A stretch of DNA of 64,000 nt, from the NCBI RefSeq assembly GCF_009914755.1, contig NC_060940.1; one strand, written 5' to 3'. This DNA is from the human T2T-CHM13v2.0 reference genome, Homo sapiens. Both the position numbers and the translations under genes were made by a program. Of this stretch, positions 15,910-29,700 are shown piece after piece (the first letter of the stretch is position 1; every line of letters begins with the position of its first letter). The notes beneath the pieces are model-generated. The model was not told where the DNA came from. It did not search any database and saw only the letters and a list, made by a program, of their open reading frames with translations.

Positions 15910-17528
15910 TGGCTCAGAGACTTTTTATTACTCATTCAGTTTCAGAACTCATTTTTGGTTTGTTCAGGATTTCAATTTCTTCCTAGTTCAATCTTGGGAG
16001 GTTGTATGTTTCCAGAAATTTACCCATTTCTTGTAGGTGTTCTACTTTGTTTGCATAAACATGTTCATCTTAGTCTCTGAGAGTTTTTTGTATTTCTGTG
16101 TGGTTGGCGGTAATGTCCACTTTACCATTTCTGATTGTGTTTTTTGTATCTTCTCTTTTTTTTTCCTTATTGGTCTAGCTAGTGACCTATCAAATTTATT
16201 TATTCTTTCGAAGAACCAGCTTTTAGTTTCATTTATCTTTTGTATGGCTTTTCATGACTCAATTTCATTCCATTCTGCTCTGATTTTGGTTATTTATTTT
16301 CTTCTGCTAGCTTTGGGTTGGTTTCCTCTTGTTTTTCTGTTTCCTTTAGGTATGATATTAGGTTGTTAATTTAAGATCCTTCTAACTTTTCAATATGGGC
16401 ATTTAGCACTATAAACTTTTCCCTTAACACTGCTTTGCCTGTGTCTTAGAGAGCCTAGAATATTGTATCTTTGTTTTAATTAGTTTCAAAAAATATATTG
16501 GTTTCTGCCTTAATTTCATTGTTTACCCAAAAGTCATTCAGGCACAGGTTGTTTAATTTCCATGTAATTTTATGGTTTTGAGAGTTCTTCTTAGTGTTGA
16601 CTTCTATTTTTGCTACACTGAGCGGTCCAAGAGTGTGGTTGGCATGATTTCAGGGGCTTCTTTTAATTTATTGAAAATAATTTTAGACTGATAGTGTGAT
16701 CAATTTTACAATATATGCCATGTACAGATGAGAAGAAGATATATTCTGTTGTTGTTGGGTGGAGTGTTCTGTAGATGGCTGTTAGGTCCATTTAGCCAAA
16801 TGTTGACTTCAAGTCCTGAATATCTTTGTGCATTTTCTGTCTCTATGATCTGTCTAGTACCATCAGTGAGATGTTGAAGTCTCCCACTATTATTCTGTGG
16901 TTATCTAAGTCTCTCTATAGGTCTCTATGAACTTGTTTTACAAATGTGAATGCTCCAGTTTTGAGCACATTTATCTTTCAGACAGTTAAGTCTTCTTGTT
17001 GAATTGAACCCTTTATCATTACATAGTGCCCTTCTTTGTCTTTTTGATTGTTGTTGGTTTAAAGTCTATTTTGTCTGAATTAGAATAACAATGCTTACCC
17101 TTTTTTGTTTTGCATTTGCTTGGTAGATTTTTTTCCATCCTTTTACTTCAAGCCAATGGGTATTGTTGCATATGAGCTGGGTCTCTTGACAACAGATACA
17201 GTTGGGCTTTGCTTCTTTATCCAACTTGCCATTCTGTGAGTTTTAAGCAGGGCATTTATACTGTTTACATTCACAGTTAATATTGGTATTTATAGCTTTG
17301 GTCCTGCCATTATGTTGTTAGCTGGTTATTATGGAGACTTGATTGTGTAGTTACTTTACAACGTCAATGGTCTATGTACTTAAATGTATTTTTGTGGTGG
17401 CCATTAGCAGTCTTTCACTTCCACGCTTAGCACTCCCTTAAGGACCTCTTGTAAGGCATGTCTGGTGGTAACAGATTCCGTTAGCATTTGTTTGTCTGAA
17501 AAGGATCTTACTTCTCCTTCACATATGA

Positions 17529-17866
<338 letters not shown>

Positions 17867-17896
17867 AAGTATTTTTTTTTTTTTAAGAATGCTGAA

Positions 17897-18293
<397 letters not shown>

Positions 18294-20504
18294 TTAGCTG
18301 CCTTTCATATTTTTTTATTTCATGTTGACCTTGGGGAATCTGATGACTCTCTGTCTTGGGGATGGTCATCTTGTATAGTATCTCACAGGATTCTCTGCAT
18401 TTCCTGGATTTAAATGGTGACTTCTCTAGCAAGATTTGGGAAATTTTTGTGGGCAGTATCCTCAAATATGTTTTCCAACTTGCTTGTTCTTTCTCCCTTT
18501 CTTTGAGTGATGCCTTGAGTCATATGTTTGGTCTCTTTACATAATCTCAGATTTCTCAGAGGTTTTGTTCATTCTTTTTTGTTGTTTATTGCCATATGAC
18601 TGAGTTGATTCAAAGAAGTGGTCTTTGAGATCTGGGATTCTTTCCTCAGCTTGGTCCGTTCTACTGTTAGTACTTGTTATTGTATTATGAAATTCTTGAG
18701 GTGCATTTTTCAGCTCTATCAGTTTAGTTTGGTTCTTTCTTAAAATGCCTATTTCATCTTTCAGCTCTTATGTCATCTTATTGGATTCCTTAGATTATTT
18801 GGATTGGATTTTGACTTTCTTCTGAATCTCAATGATCTTTGTTTCTATCCAGATTCTGAAATCTATGTCTGTCATTTAGTCCTGGTTAACAACCATTGTT
18901 GGAGAGTTAGTATGATTGCTTGAAGACAGGAAGACATTCTGGCTTTTTACATTGCCAGAGTTCTTGCACTGGTTCTTTCACATCTGTGTGGGCTAAGGTT
19001 CCTTTAATGTTTTGACTCACTGTCCTTTGGATGGAATTTTTTCCTTTTTTATATTCTTTAATGCCCTTGAGGGTTTGACTGTGGCACAAGGTAGTTTCAG
19101 TCAAATGGCTTCATTTCTGGAAGATTTCAGGGGGCAAAGGCTCAGCTCAGCACTCCTGAACTGCATGCTCTAACTTTGCAAGGCTGGTACCATACCCACA
19201 GATTTGTTGTCTGGCCCTTCAATGTTAAGCACTAAGGTGTTCCCAGTCCACTGGCAACAACACTCTGATGGGGTGTGCCAGCCAAAGTGCTTCACTGTAG
19301 TGATTGTAGCAAGGTCCCCACTCACACATATGTGCCAGCAGCAGCAGCACACAGCAGGTATGCATGTGTTGGCAGGGGTGCAGTGCCGACAGGAGTGGGA
19401 TGGGGGTGTTCTGCATACTTGCACATGCCAGCCGGGGCAATGGTGCTGTGGGGTGCACTCATGTGCCGCTGGAGCCAGAGTGGCAGCATCTTCATGAGTT
19501 TTATGTTATCATTCCAGAGCTTTAAAAATAATGTTCTGGACTTCTAACAAATGTATTTGTGAACCCAGAGAAAAAGAGTATTATTTTGTGCATTTTTACG
19601 TAATCATACCCAAGAAAATTTTACTTTACAATTTGTTCTTTTCACTCAACAGTAGTCTCGAGGTTTATCCATCTCAAGATGGATACACATGTAGTTGATT
19701 CCTTTTAATTGTATAAGATTACATTGTATGTCAACAGCAGATTTTATTTACAATGTTATAACAAAAATGGCATTTTATTTGTCTCATTTTACATAAATAT
19801 AAGTTTGTCTAGAATAGTTACCTGGGTTACATACATTTTTAGTTTGATGTATACAGCCAAAATCCTTTCGGTATGGCCACTTTAATTTGCCCTAATACCA
19901 GTAGCTTATGAGCATACCTGTTGTTCCTGAAAATCCTTGCAAATCCTTGATATTATTACATTTTATAATGTTTTCCAGTCTGATAATTGAAAAAATGGCA
20001 TATTTTTGTTATTTTAATTTGCATTTCTGTGATTATTCACAAGCTTGAATATCTTTTATATATGTGTTGTCCTTCAGCTTTTCCTTATCTGTAACTAGCC
20101 TGTTCATATCTTTGTCCATTTTTTTGTTGAGTTGGTCTTCTGTATTAATTATATCTGTTATATGCATTTGTAAATTATATGTACTGCAAATATCAGTAGA
20201 TATTTAATTTTGTTTGTGATGATTTTTTTCACTCTAAGAAGTGTATTTTGTTATTTTCAACAGACAGAATTGCGAATACACAACACCGTTCACTTGACTT
20301 TGAAAATGAAAAAGAGAAAAAGGGGGAGAAAGAGCAGAATTGCTTTTGAAGTAGTACTTTATTATAGTAGTTTTGAAGTTGCTTTTGAAGTACTACTTTA
20401 ATATAATTGAATGTATCAAAATCTCTTTTTATGTCTAATGCCTTTGTATGTATCATTCAAAAGGTCCTTTTTACCTCATGATCACAAATATATTATTCTA
20501 CATC

Positions 20505-20764
<260 letters not shown>

Positions 20765-21208
20765 CACTACATTTTCTTATTACTACTTTTCCTTTTGAGC
20801 TTTTAACAGTTATTATGTGTAAGGATCTATCTATATTCCTTTCCACATAAATAGTTATCTCAACACCATTTGTGAAAGATTTCTTTCTTTCTCCCACTGA
20901 TTTAAAATACCAATTTATGATGTAACAAATCCCATAGATTTGTTTCCACACTTTGTATTCTCTTTTCTTCCAATTTATTTTGTCTATTTATATGTCACTA
21001 TTATTCAGTTTTAACTATTTCACCTTTACAAAAACAGTATCTGGTTTTCTTAAGTTTACTTGATCTTTCGTTCTAAGGTCTTATTCTTCCAAATGAATTT
21101 TATAATCAGCTTGTCAAGCTCAGTAACAATCCCTGCAAAGATTTTGATTGGTGTATCTCTGATTAATTCATTTGGGGGAGAGATTACATCTTTATATTAT
21201 TGAGGCTT

Positions 21209-21365
21209 TGGCTGGGCATGGTGGCTCACACCTATAATCCCAGCACTTTGGGAGGCCAAGGCAGGCATATCACCTGAGGTCAGGAGTTCAAGACCAGCCT
21301 GGCCAAAATGGCGAAACACTGTATCTACTAAAAACACAAAAACTAGCCAGGCGTGGTGTTGGGCA
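21209..21365 (+). mobile_element. Alu left arm (3'-truncated)
   Basis: ggctgggcatggtggctc… ends just after the linker. Confidence 0.85.
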
Positions 21366-21519
21366 ATGGTAAAATTGGGGCTTTTTAGTTCACACTTGTG
21401 AAATGTCTCTCTAAGTATTCAGGTATTATCTTAATTATTATATTATTATATTCACAATTTTTATAAAAGTATAGACTGTCTTCACAGTTTTGTTCTTAGA
21501 TACTTTATGTTTTTAATTG

Positions 21520-21819
21520 ATGTTGTGGATTAAATTCTCTTTGATCACTTATTCCTGGGGAAGCCAGCTGCCATGTCCTGAGGCAGCCCTGTGGAGAAAA
21601 CCCCATTGGAAAAAACTGAAGCCTGCAATGGCTACATGAGTAAACTTGGAAGCAGATCTTCTCCACCCCACCCTACCTCATGGGAAAACTTAAGTCAAGG
21701 CATACAGCTAAGCCATGCCCAGATTCCTGACCCACAGAAGCATAAGACAATAAATATTTGTTGTTTTAAGCTGCTATGTTTGGGGATGACTTGTTAAGCA
21801 AAATGAGAAAAATAATACA
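21520..21819 (+). mobile_element. MLT1-type MaLR LTR fragment (MLT1F-like)
   Basis: ggggaagccagctgccatgt…cagattcctgacccacagaa…aataaatatttgttgttttaagctgctatg…aataca. Confidence 0.7.
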
Positions 21820-22962
21820 ACAGGTGATTACAATGTGCAGCAGAGTTCAGGAACCACTGAACTAGACCAGTATGTGGTCTTAGAGAAGTCTAGTCTCTTC
21901 TTGAGCCCACAGGGAAATCTGTAGCATAAACTGTGCCATAGAGTTGTACAGCCGGAAGCAAATCTCACATCAGTCCGTCATTGGCAGATGCTGCCTGGAG
22001 GGAAAGTAGAGGGGTGCACAACCTCTCTAGTATTCCCAGGTAGGTGCTTGTCAGCAGGACAAGGGTTCTAGAAACCTGCAGATAATAGCAGCCAACAAGA
22101 AGCACTGGGAGATGTGTTCATTGACCTGGTAAATGGATTCTGGCAGGAGCACCAAAAGCATTTTTACACAGGATATACTTCACACTTTATAAAGTAAATG
22201 TAGAAGAGATGAGGTGAAATTCTGGATAAGATATGCCAATAGAAGGTATTCTGAGCAGGAGCCTCCCCATTCCTCATGGGTGTCATCAACCACTCCAGAA
22301 ATGTTCTCATTTGCCTTTGTAACTTAGGTGGCCACACTTGTTTTTTTGGGCAGACAACTCTGTTCCTTCCTTCCTTACTTACTTATTTACTCAAGAGGTA
22401 GGAAATGTGTGGAAGGTAGATTTGTCTGACCATTCTTACAGTGCTACTCCAAATAATCAACTATTTGGTTTCCCCGGAGGTCTCTCCTGCTCCCAGCATC
22501 TGTCATTTCAGGGCTTGGACCACTTTTAGAAGCACATGTATCTTTTGAGGCAATCTTATTTACACACATTTTGGTTTATGGTTTCCTTTTTTCAATGCTA
22601 AATTGTCTGTCACTTATCTTTCTGGCATATACTTAGTTTCTTGTCCATTGATGATTCACCTTTTGCTTTCTAGTTAGGTTATGAATTTTTCTATGACTTT
22701 ACATCTTCACTTCAAAGGATTTAGGAATGGAGGGAGAGGCTGCAACCTGTGCTCAGCCCAACATTTTAAACCACGTCTGTATAAAATTTTAGCCAGCACT
22801 AAACAATGCATGAAAAGTTTTATCACCATTAAATTGCATTCACTCAAATTTGAAATTCTTCTAAACAATGTTTGTTATACATTTATTATAAACTACTTGT
22901 ACTTATAAAACACTACTTGATTAAAAAGATGCTTTTAAATTAATTTTCATTCTTTCTTTCAG

Positions 22963-23138
22963 TTTTGTTCTAGGTGCTGTCTCTCTTGCTGTTGTTGTCC
23001 TTTACACGATGGTGTTGCAAGAAAATGGATATGGTGCTGAGGAAGACATTCCAACCTTACTAATGGCTGCTAGCAGTATGGATGACATTCTGGTTATCAC
23101 TGGATTCAATACATGCTTGAGCATAGTCTTCTCCTCGG
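22963..23138 (+). pseudogene. SLC9B1: SLC9B1-like exon (probable exon 7) carrying the DD ion-binding motif
   Basis: ttcag|T TTT GTT… encodes FVLGAVSLAVVVLYTMVLQENGYGAEEDIPTLLMAASSMDDILVITGFNTCLSIVFSS; donor G|gtaaac; 176 nt. Confidence 0.93.
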
Positions 23139-23907
23139 GTAAACAAGAAAATATAACAACCACCAGATCATTCATGACCTTTTTTGTTAGTTCTTTAAAC
23201 AGGGTTTCTGGCTTTGCTTCTTCATTTATTAACCAAGACTGTTCAATTTAACATCTTTTTAATCTCCATAGAAAGCTCATTCCAGACCAAGGAAGATATT
23301 TCAGTGGCTTAAGATACCACTACTTAACACACATGATCTCACTTTAATAATCATGTGACAATTAATTTGATAAACCATATTATTACTATTTATCTGCTTA
23401 TGTTGCTTTTGAATTTTATCAGTTCTCACTAGAAAAAATTAAGCAGCAGTATTATTTGTACTACTAATATTTTAATAGGCATTTTTGAAATGTGCCTTTT
23501 TGGCCATCCTAATAAACAAATGGTTGCTCTATTATAAGACGACATAAACATACAGAGCTGGGACAACCATATGCCTTTTTAGTAGTGTTAGGACAAGATC
23601 CTGCACCAGTTCTGATTCCCAAGGTGATATCTGGTCTTGAATATCACTACAGAAATTGTGAAACTAAATATTTCCACATTAAGTAATGCTTTAATTATCT
23701 GCAATGTTTGAGTCTTCTGTATTATTGAAGCACTAAACTATTTTTAAGTTGAAAAGTAATATATATAGTTTTATAGTTTCTCTTAAAATAAGAAAATATA
23801 AATAAATAAGAAAAAGAGGAAAAGTTAAAAATCAAATCTGCAATAGTCACATCCAGAAGAAAAGAATCATTTCCTTCTGAACCTTTTGATATAAACCCAC
23901 CCATATT

Positions 23908-23988
23908 CCCTTCCCTTCCCTTCTTCCCTTCATCCCTTCCCTTCCCTTCCCCTCTCCTCCCCCTTCCCTTCCCTTACCCCTCTTTCTC
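23908..23988. repeat. (CCCTT)n simple repeat
   Basis: Direct reading. Confidence 0.85.
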
Positions 23989-24016
23989 TGTCAAATATTC
24001 TTATAAAAATCAGTGA

Positions 24017-24336
<320 letters not shown>

Positions 24337-24565
24337 AATATGTTCTTATAACCTGAATTGTTTTACACTTAACTGTATATCACAAACATGTTTCTTTTCA
24401 GTAAATGTATTTGTATATCATTTTAAATAGTTGTTTAGCTTAATGAAAGAGTATTCAATGTGCTGCATCATGATTACTCATCCTGTTCAAAATTAAAGTT
24501 AACTCCAATATTTACTATTAAAATAATGCTTAGTTGTGCTGCTATAAAAATATTTTTTTAAATTA

Positions 24566-24846
<281 letters not shown>

Positions 24847-25431
24847 GTTTTTTTTACTTAAAAAAATAATACTTAGTTGAACATATAGAGAAATATTTGT
24901 ACCTAATCTTCATATTTTCTTAAGCTTAAAAGTGCAATTGTTGATCTAAAAGGTGTATATGTTTATGAGTGTTCTGAAACATATTGCCACAATATCATGT
25001 CCTACCAGGGTACATAAACTTGTCATTTCCTCTCACCTCTCTTCAAAACTTGGTATTACTAGCCTTTTTCATCTTTGCTAATTTGATAGGTGAAGGAGGG
25101 ATCTCTGTAAATGAAGTACTTTGAATACTAGTGATGTTAAATATCCATGTTTATTAGTCATTGGCATTTTGTAAACTGCTTTTCTTGAAAGTTTTTTGCC
25201 TATTTCTTTTAGGTGGGTTCACCTTTTTTTCTTTTTGATTTGTCAAGATTCTGCATTAAATTGAGAATGAAAACCTTTGTTTTATATACTTTAGTTTTTT
25301 CAATTTGTAATTTGGCTTTTAATTTTCTCACTCTTTTTACCATTCAGAAGTTAAAGTTTTTTATTGTCATTTGTCAAAATCTTTTCCTTCATGATTGGTA
25401 TCTGTCATTCTTTCAAAAAATATTGTTATCA

Positions 25432-25758
<327 letters not shown>

Positions 25759-26105
25759 TCCTCTTCCTTTTGCTGGCTACTATGCCAAACACTGAGAATG
25801 AACAGTAGACAACAACATTAGCTTTTATTGAATACTTGCTTGGCTCTTGTTCTAAGTTCCATATATGTCACCACTCATTTACAGGTAAGGAAACTGAGAA
25901 AGATGTTAAGTAATTTACTCAAGGACAGAGATCCAATAAGTAGGGGAGCCAAGATGCAAATCTGACAGTCTCACTCCACACCCACACATTTAACTCTTCT
26001 CTTCTCCACTGCCTCCCAACACAACAGAGAGACAAGATCAAATGGTGCATGTTCTCAACGAGCTTGTATATTAAAGAAAAATTACAAATGGGATGAATAT
26101 TACAT

Positions 26106-26611
26106 TGTGAAGTTTAATATTAAGTAAGTGTCAACTTGATTGGATTGAAGGATCCAAATTATTGTTCCCGGTTGTGTCTGTGAGGGTGTTGCCAAAGGAG
26201 ATTAACATTTATTTAGTGGACTGGGAAAGGCAGATCCACCCTCAATGTGGGTGGGCACCATAAAATCAGCTGCCAGCATGGCTCGAATAAAGCAGGCAGA
26301 AGAAGGTTAGGAGAAGCTGACTTGCTGAGCCTTCTGGCCCTCATCTTTCTCCCATGCTGGATGCTTCCTGCACTCAAATATCAGACTCCAGGTTCTTTGG
26401 CTTTTGGACTCTTGGACTTACTCCAGTTGTTTTCCAGGGGCTCTCAGGCCTTCATCCAGAGACTCAAAGCTGGCCTGTCGGTTTCCCTACTTTTGAGGTG
26501 TTGGGACTCGGACTAAGCCAATACTAGATTCCTTGCTCCTCAACTTGCAGACGGCCTGTTGTAGGACTTCACTTTGTGATGGTGTGATTCAATTCTCCTT
26601 AATAAACTCCC

Positions 26612-26678
<67 letters not shown>

Positions 26679-26717
26679 CTACTAGTTCTATCCCTCTAGA
26701 GAACCATGACTAGTACA
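26106..26717 (+). mobile_element. MLT2A (HERV-L) LTR containing (AT)30
   Basis: tgtgaagtttaatatt…gtgtcaacttgattggattgaagg…aataaactccc…ctagagaaccatgactagtaca; TG…CA termini. Confidence 0.85.
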
Positions 26718-29700
26718 GATTTTGATACTGAGGTAATGGAGTATTGCTATAAGATACCTGAGAATGTGGAAGTGACTTTGGAACTGTGTAATGTGCAGAG
26801 TTTGGAACAGTTGAGAGGACTCAGAAGAAGACCAGAAGATGTGGGAAAGTTTGGAACTGCCTAGAGACTTGTTGAATGGCTTTGACCAAACTGCTGATAG
26901 TGACTTGGACAGTGAAGTCCAGGCTGAGGAGGTCAGAGATGGAGATGAACAACTTGTTGGGAACTGAAGTAAAGGTCACTCCTGCTATGCTTTAGCAAAG
27001 AGAATGGTGGCATTTTGCCCCTGCCCTACAGATTTATGGAACTTTGAAAATGAGAGAGATGACTGAGGACATCTGGTAGAAGAAATGTTTGTTGTTGTTG
27101 TTGTTGTTGTTATACCTTAAGTTCTAGGGTACATGTGCACAACGTGCAGGTTTGATACATAGGTACACATGTGCCATGTTGGTTTGCTGCACCCATCAAC
27201 TCATCATTTACATTAAGTATTTCTCCTAATGCTCTCCCTCCCCCAGCCCTCCACCCCCCAACAGGCCCCAGTGTGTGATGTTCCCAGCCCTGTGTCTAAG
27301 TGATCTCATTGTTCAATTCCCATCTATGAGTGAGAACATGTGGTGTTTGGTTTTCTGTCCTTGTGATAGTTTTGCTGAGAATGATGGTTTCCAGCTTCAT
27401 CTATCTCCCTGCAAAGGACATGAACTCATCCTTTTTTATGGCTGCATAGTATTCCATGGTGTATATGTGTCACATGTCTTAATCCAGTCCATCATTAATG
27501 GACATTTGGGTTGGTTCCAAGTCTTTGCTATTGTTAATAGTGCCACAATAAACATACATGTGCATATGTCTTTATAGTAGCATGATTTATAATCCTTTGG
27601 ATATATATCCAGTAATGGGATTGCTGGGTCAAATGGTAATTCTAGTTCTAGATCCTCGAGGAATTGCCACAATGTCTTTCACAATGGTTGAACTAGTTTA
27701 CACTCCCACCAACAGTGTAAAAGCATTCCTATTTCTCCATATCCTCTCCAGCATCTGTTGTTTCCTGACTTTTTAATGATTGACATTCTAACTGGGGTGG
27801 GATGGTATCTCATTGTGGTTTTGATTTGCATTTCTTTGATGACCAGTGATGATGAGCTTTTTTTCTTGTGTTTGTTAGCTGCATAGATGTCTTCTTTTGA
27901 GAATCGTCTATTCATATGTTTGCCCACTTTTTGATGGGGTTGTTTTTTTCTTGTAAATTTGTTTGAATTCTTTCTTTGTCAAATGGGTAGATTGCAATTT
28001 ATCTCCCATTCTGTATGTTGCCTGGTTCATTCTGATGGCAGTTTCTTTTGCAGTACAGAAGCTCCTTAGTTTAATTAGATCCCATTTGTCAATTTTGGCT
28101 TTTGTTGCCATTGCTTTTGGTGTTTTAGTCATGAAGTCCTTGCTCATGCCTATGGCCTGAATGGTATTGCCTAGGTTTTCTTCTAGGGTTTTTATGGTTT
28201 TAGGTCTAACATTTAAGTCTTTTATCCATCTTGAATTAATTTTTGTATAAGATGTAAGGAAGGGATCCAGTTTCAGCTTTCTACATATGGCTAGCCAGTT
28301 TTCCCAGCATCATTTATTAAATAGGCAATCCTTTCCCCATTTCTTGTTTTTGTCAGGTTTGTCAAAGATCAGATGGCTGTAGATGTGTGGTCTTATTTCT
28401 GAGGCCTCTGTTCTGTTCCATTGGTCTATATATCTGTTTTGGCACCAGTACCATGCTGTTTTGGTTACTGTAGTCTTGTAGTATAGTTTGAAGTCAGGTA
28501 GTGTGATGCCTCCAGCTTTGTTCTTTTTGCTTAGGATTGTCTTGGCAATGCAGGCTCTTTTTTAGTTCCATATGAACTTTAAAGTAGTTTCTTTTTCCAA
28601 TTCTGTGAAGAAAGTCATTAGAAGCTTGATGGGGATGGTATTGAATCTATAAATTACTTTGTGCAGTATGGTCTTTTTCATGATATTGATTCTTCCTATC
28701 CATGAGCGTGGAATATTCTTCCATTTGTTTGTGTCCTCTTTTAATTCATTGAGCAGTGGTTTGTAGTTCTCCTTGAAGAGGTCCTTCACAACCCTTGTGA
28801 GTTGGATTCCTAGGTATTTTATTCTCTTTGTAGCAATTGTGAATGGGAGTTCACTCATGATTTGGCTCTCTGTTTGTCTATTAATGGTGTATAGGAATGC
28901 TTGTGATTTTGGCACGTTGATTTTGTATCCTGAGACTTTGCTGAAGTTGCTTATCAGCTTAAGGAGACTTTGGGCTGAGATGATGGGGTTTTCTAAATAT
29001 ACAATCATGTCATCTGCAAATAGGGACAATTTGACTTCATCTTTTCCTAACTAAATACAATTTATTTCTTTCTCCTGCCTGATTCCACTTTTCAGAACTT
29101 CCAACACCATGTTGAATAAGAGTGGTGAGGGAGGGCATCCTTGTCTTGTGCCAGTTTTCAAAAGGAATGCTTCCAGTTTTTGCCCATTCAGTATGATATT
29201 GGCTGTGGGTTTGTCATAAATAGCTCTTATTATTTTGAGATACGTCCCATCAATACCTAGTTTATTGAGAGTTTTTAGCATGAAGGAGTGTTGAATTTTG
29301 TCAGAGGCCTTTTCTGCATCTATTGAGATAATCATGTGGTTTTTGTCTTTGGTTCTGTTTATGTAATGGATTACATTTATTGATTTGCATATGTTGAACC
29401 AGCCTTGCATCCCAGGGATGAAGCCCACTTGATCGTGGTGGATAAGCTTTTTGATGTGCTGCTGGATTTGGTTTGCCAGTATTTTACTGAGGATTTTCGC
29501 ATCGATGTTCATCAGGGATATTGGTCTAAAATTCTCTTTTTTTGTTGTGTCTCTGCCAGGCTTTGGTACCAGGATGATGCTGGCCTCATAAAATGAGTTA
29601 GGGAGGATTCCATATCGTTCTTTTTTTTTTTTTTTGGATGAAGAAAGAACTGTTTAATTTTTTTGATGTTTTCAATGTTGATATTTTTTCCAAGAATTAG

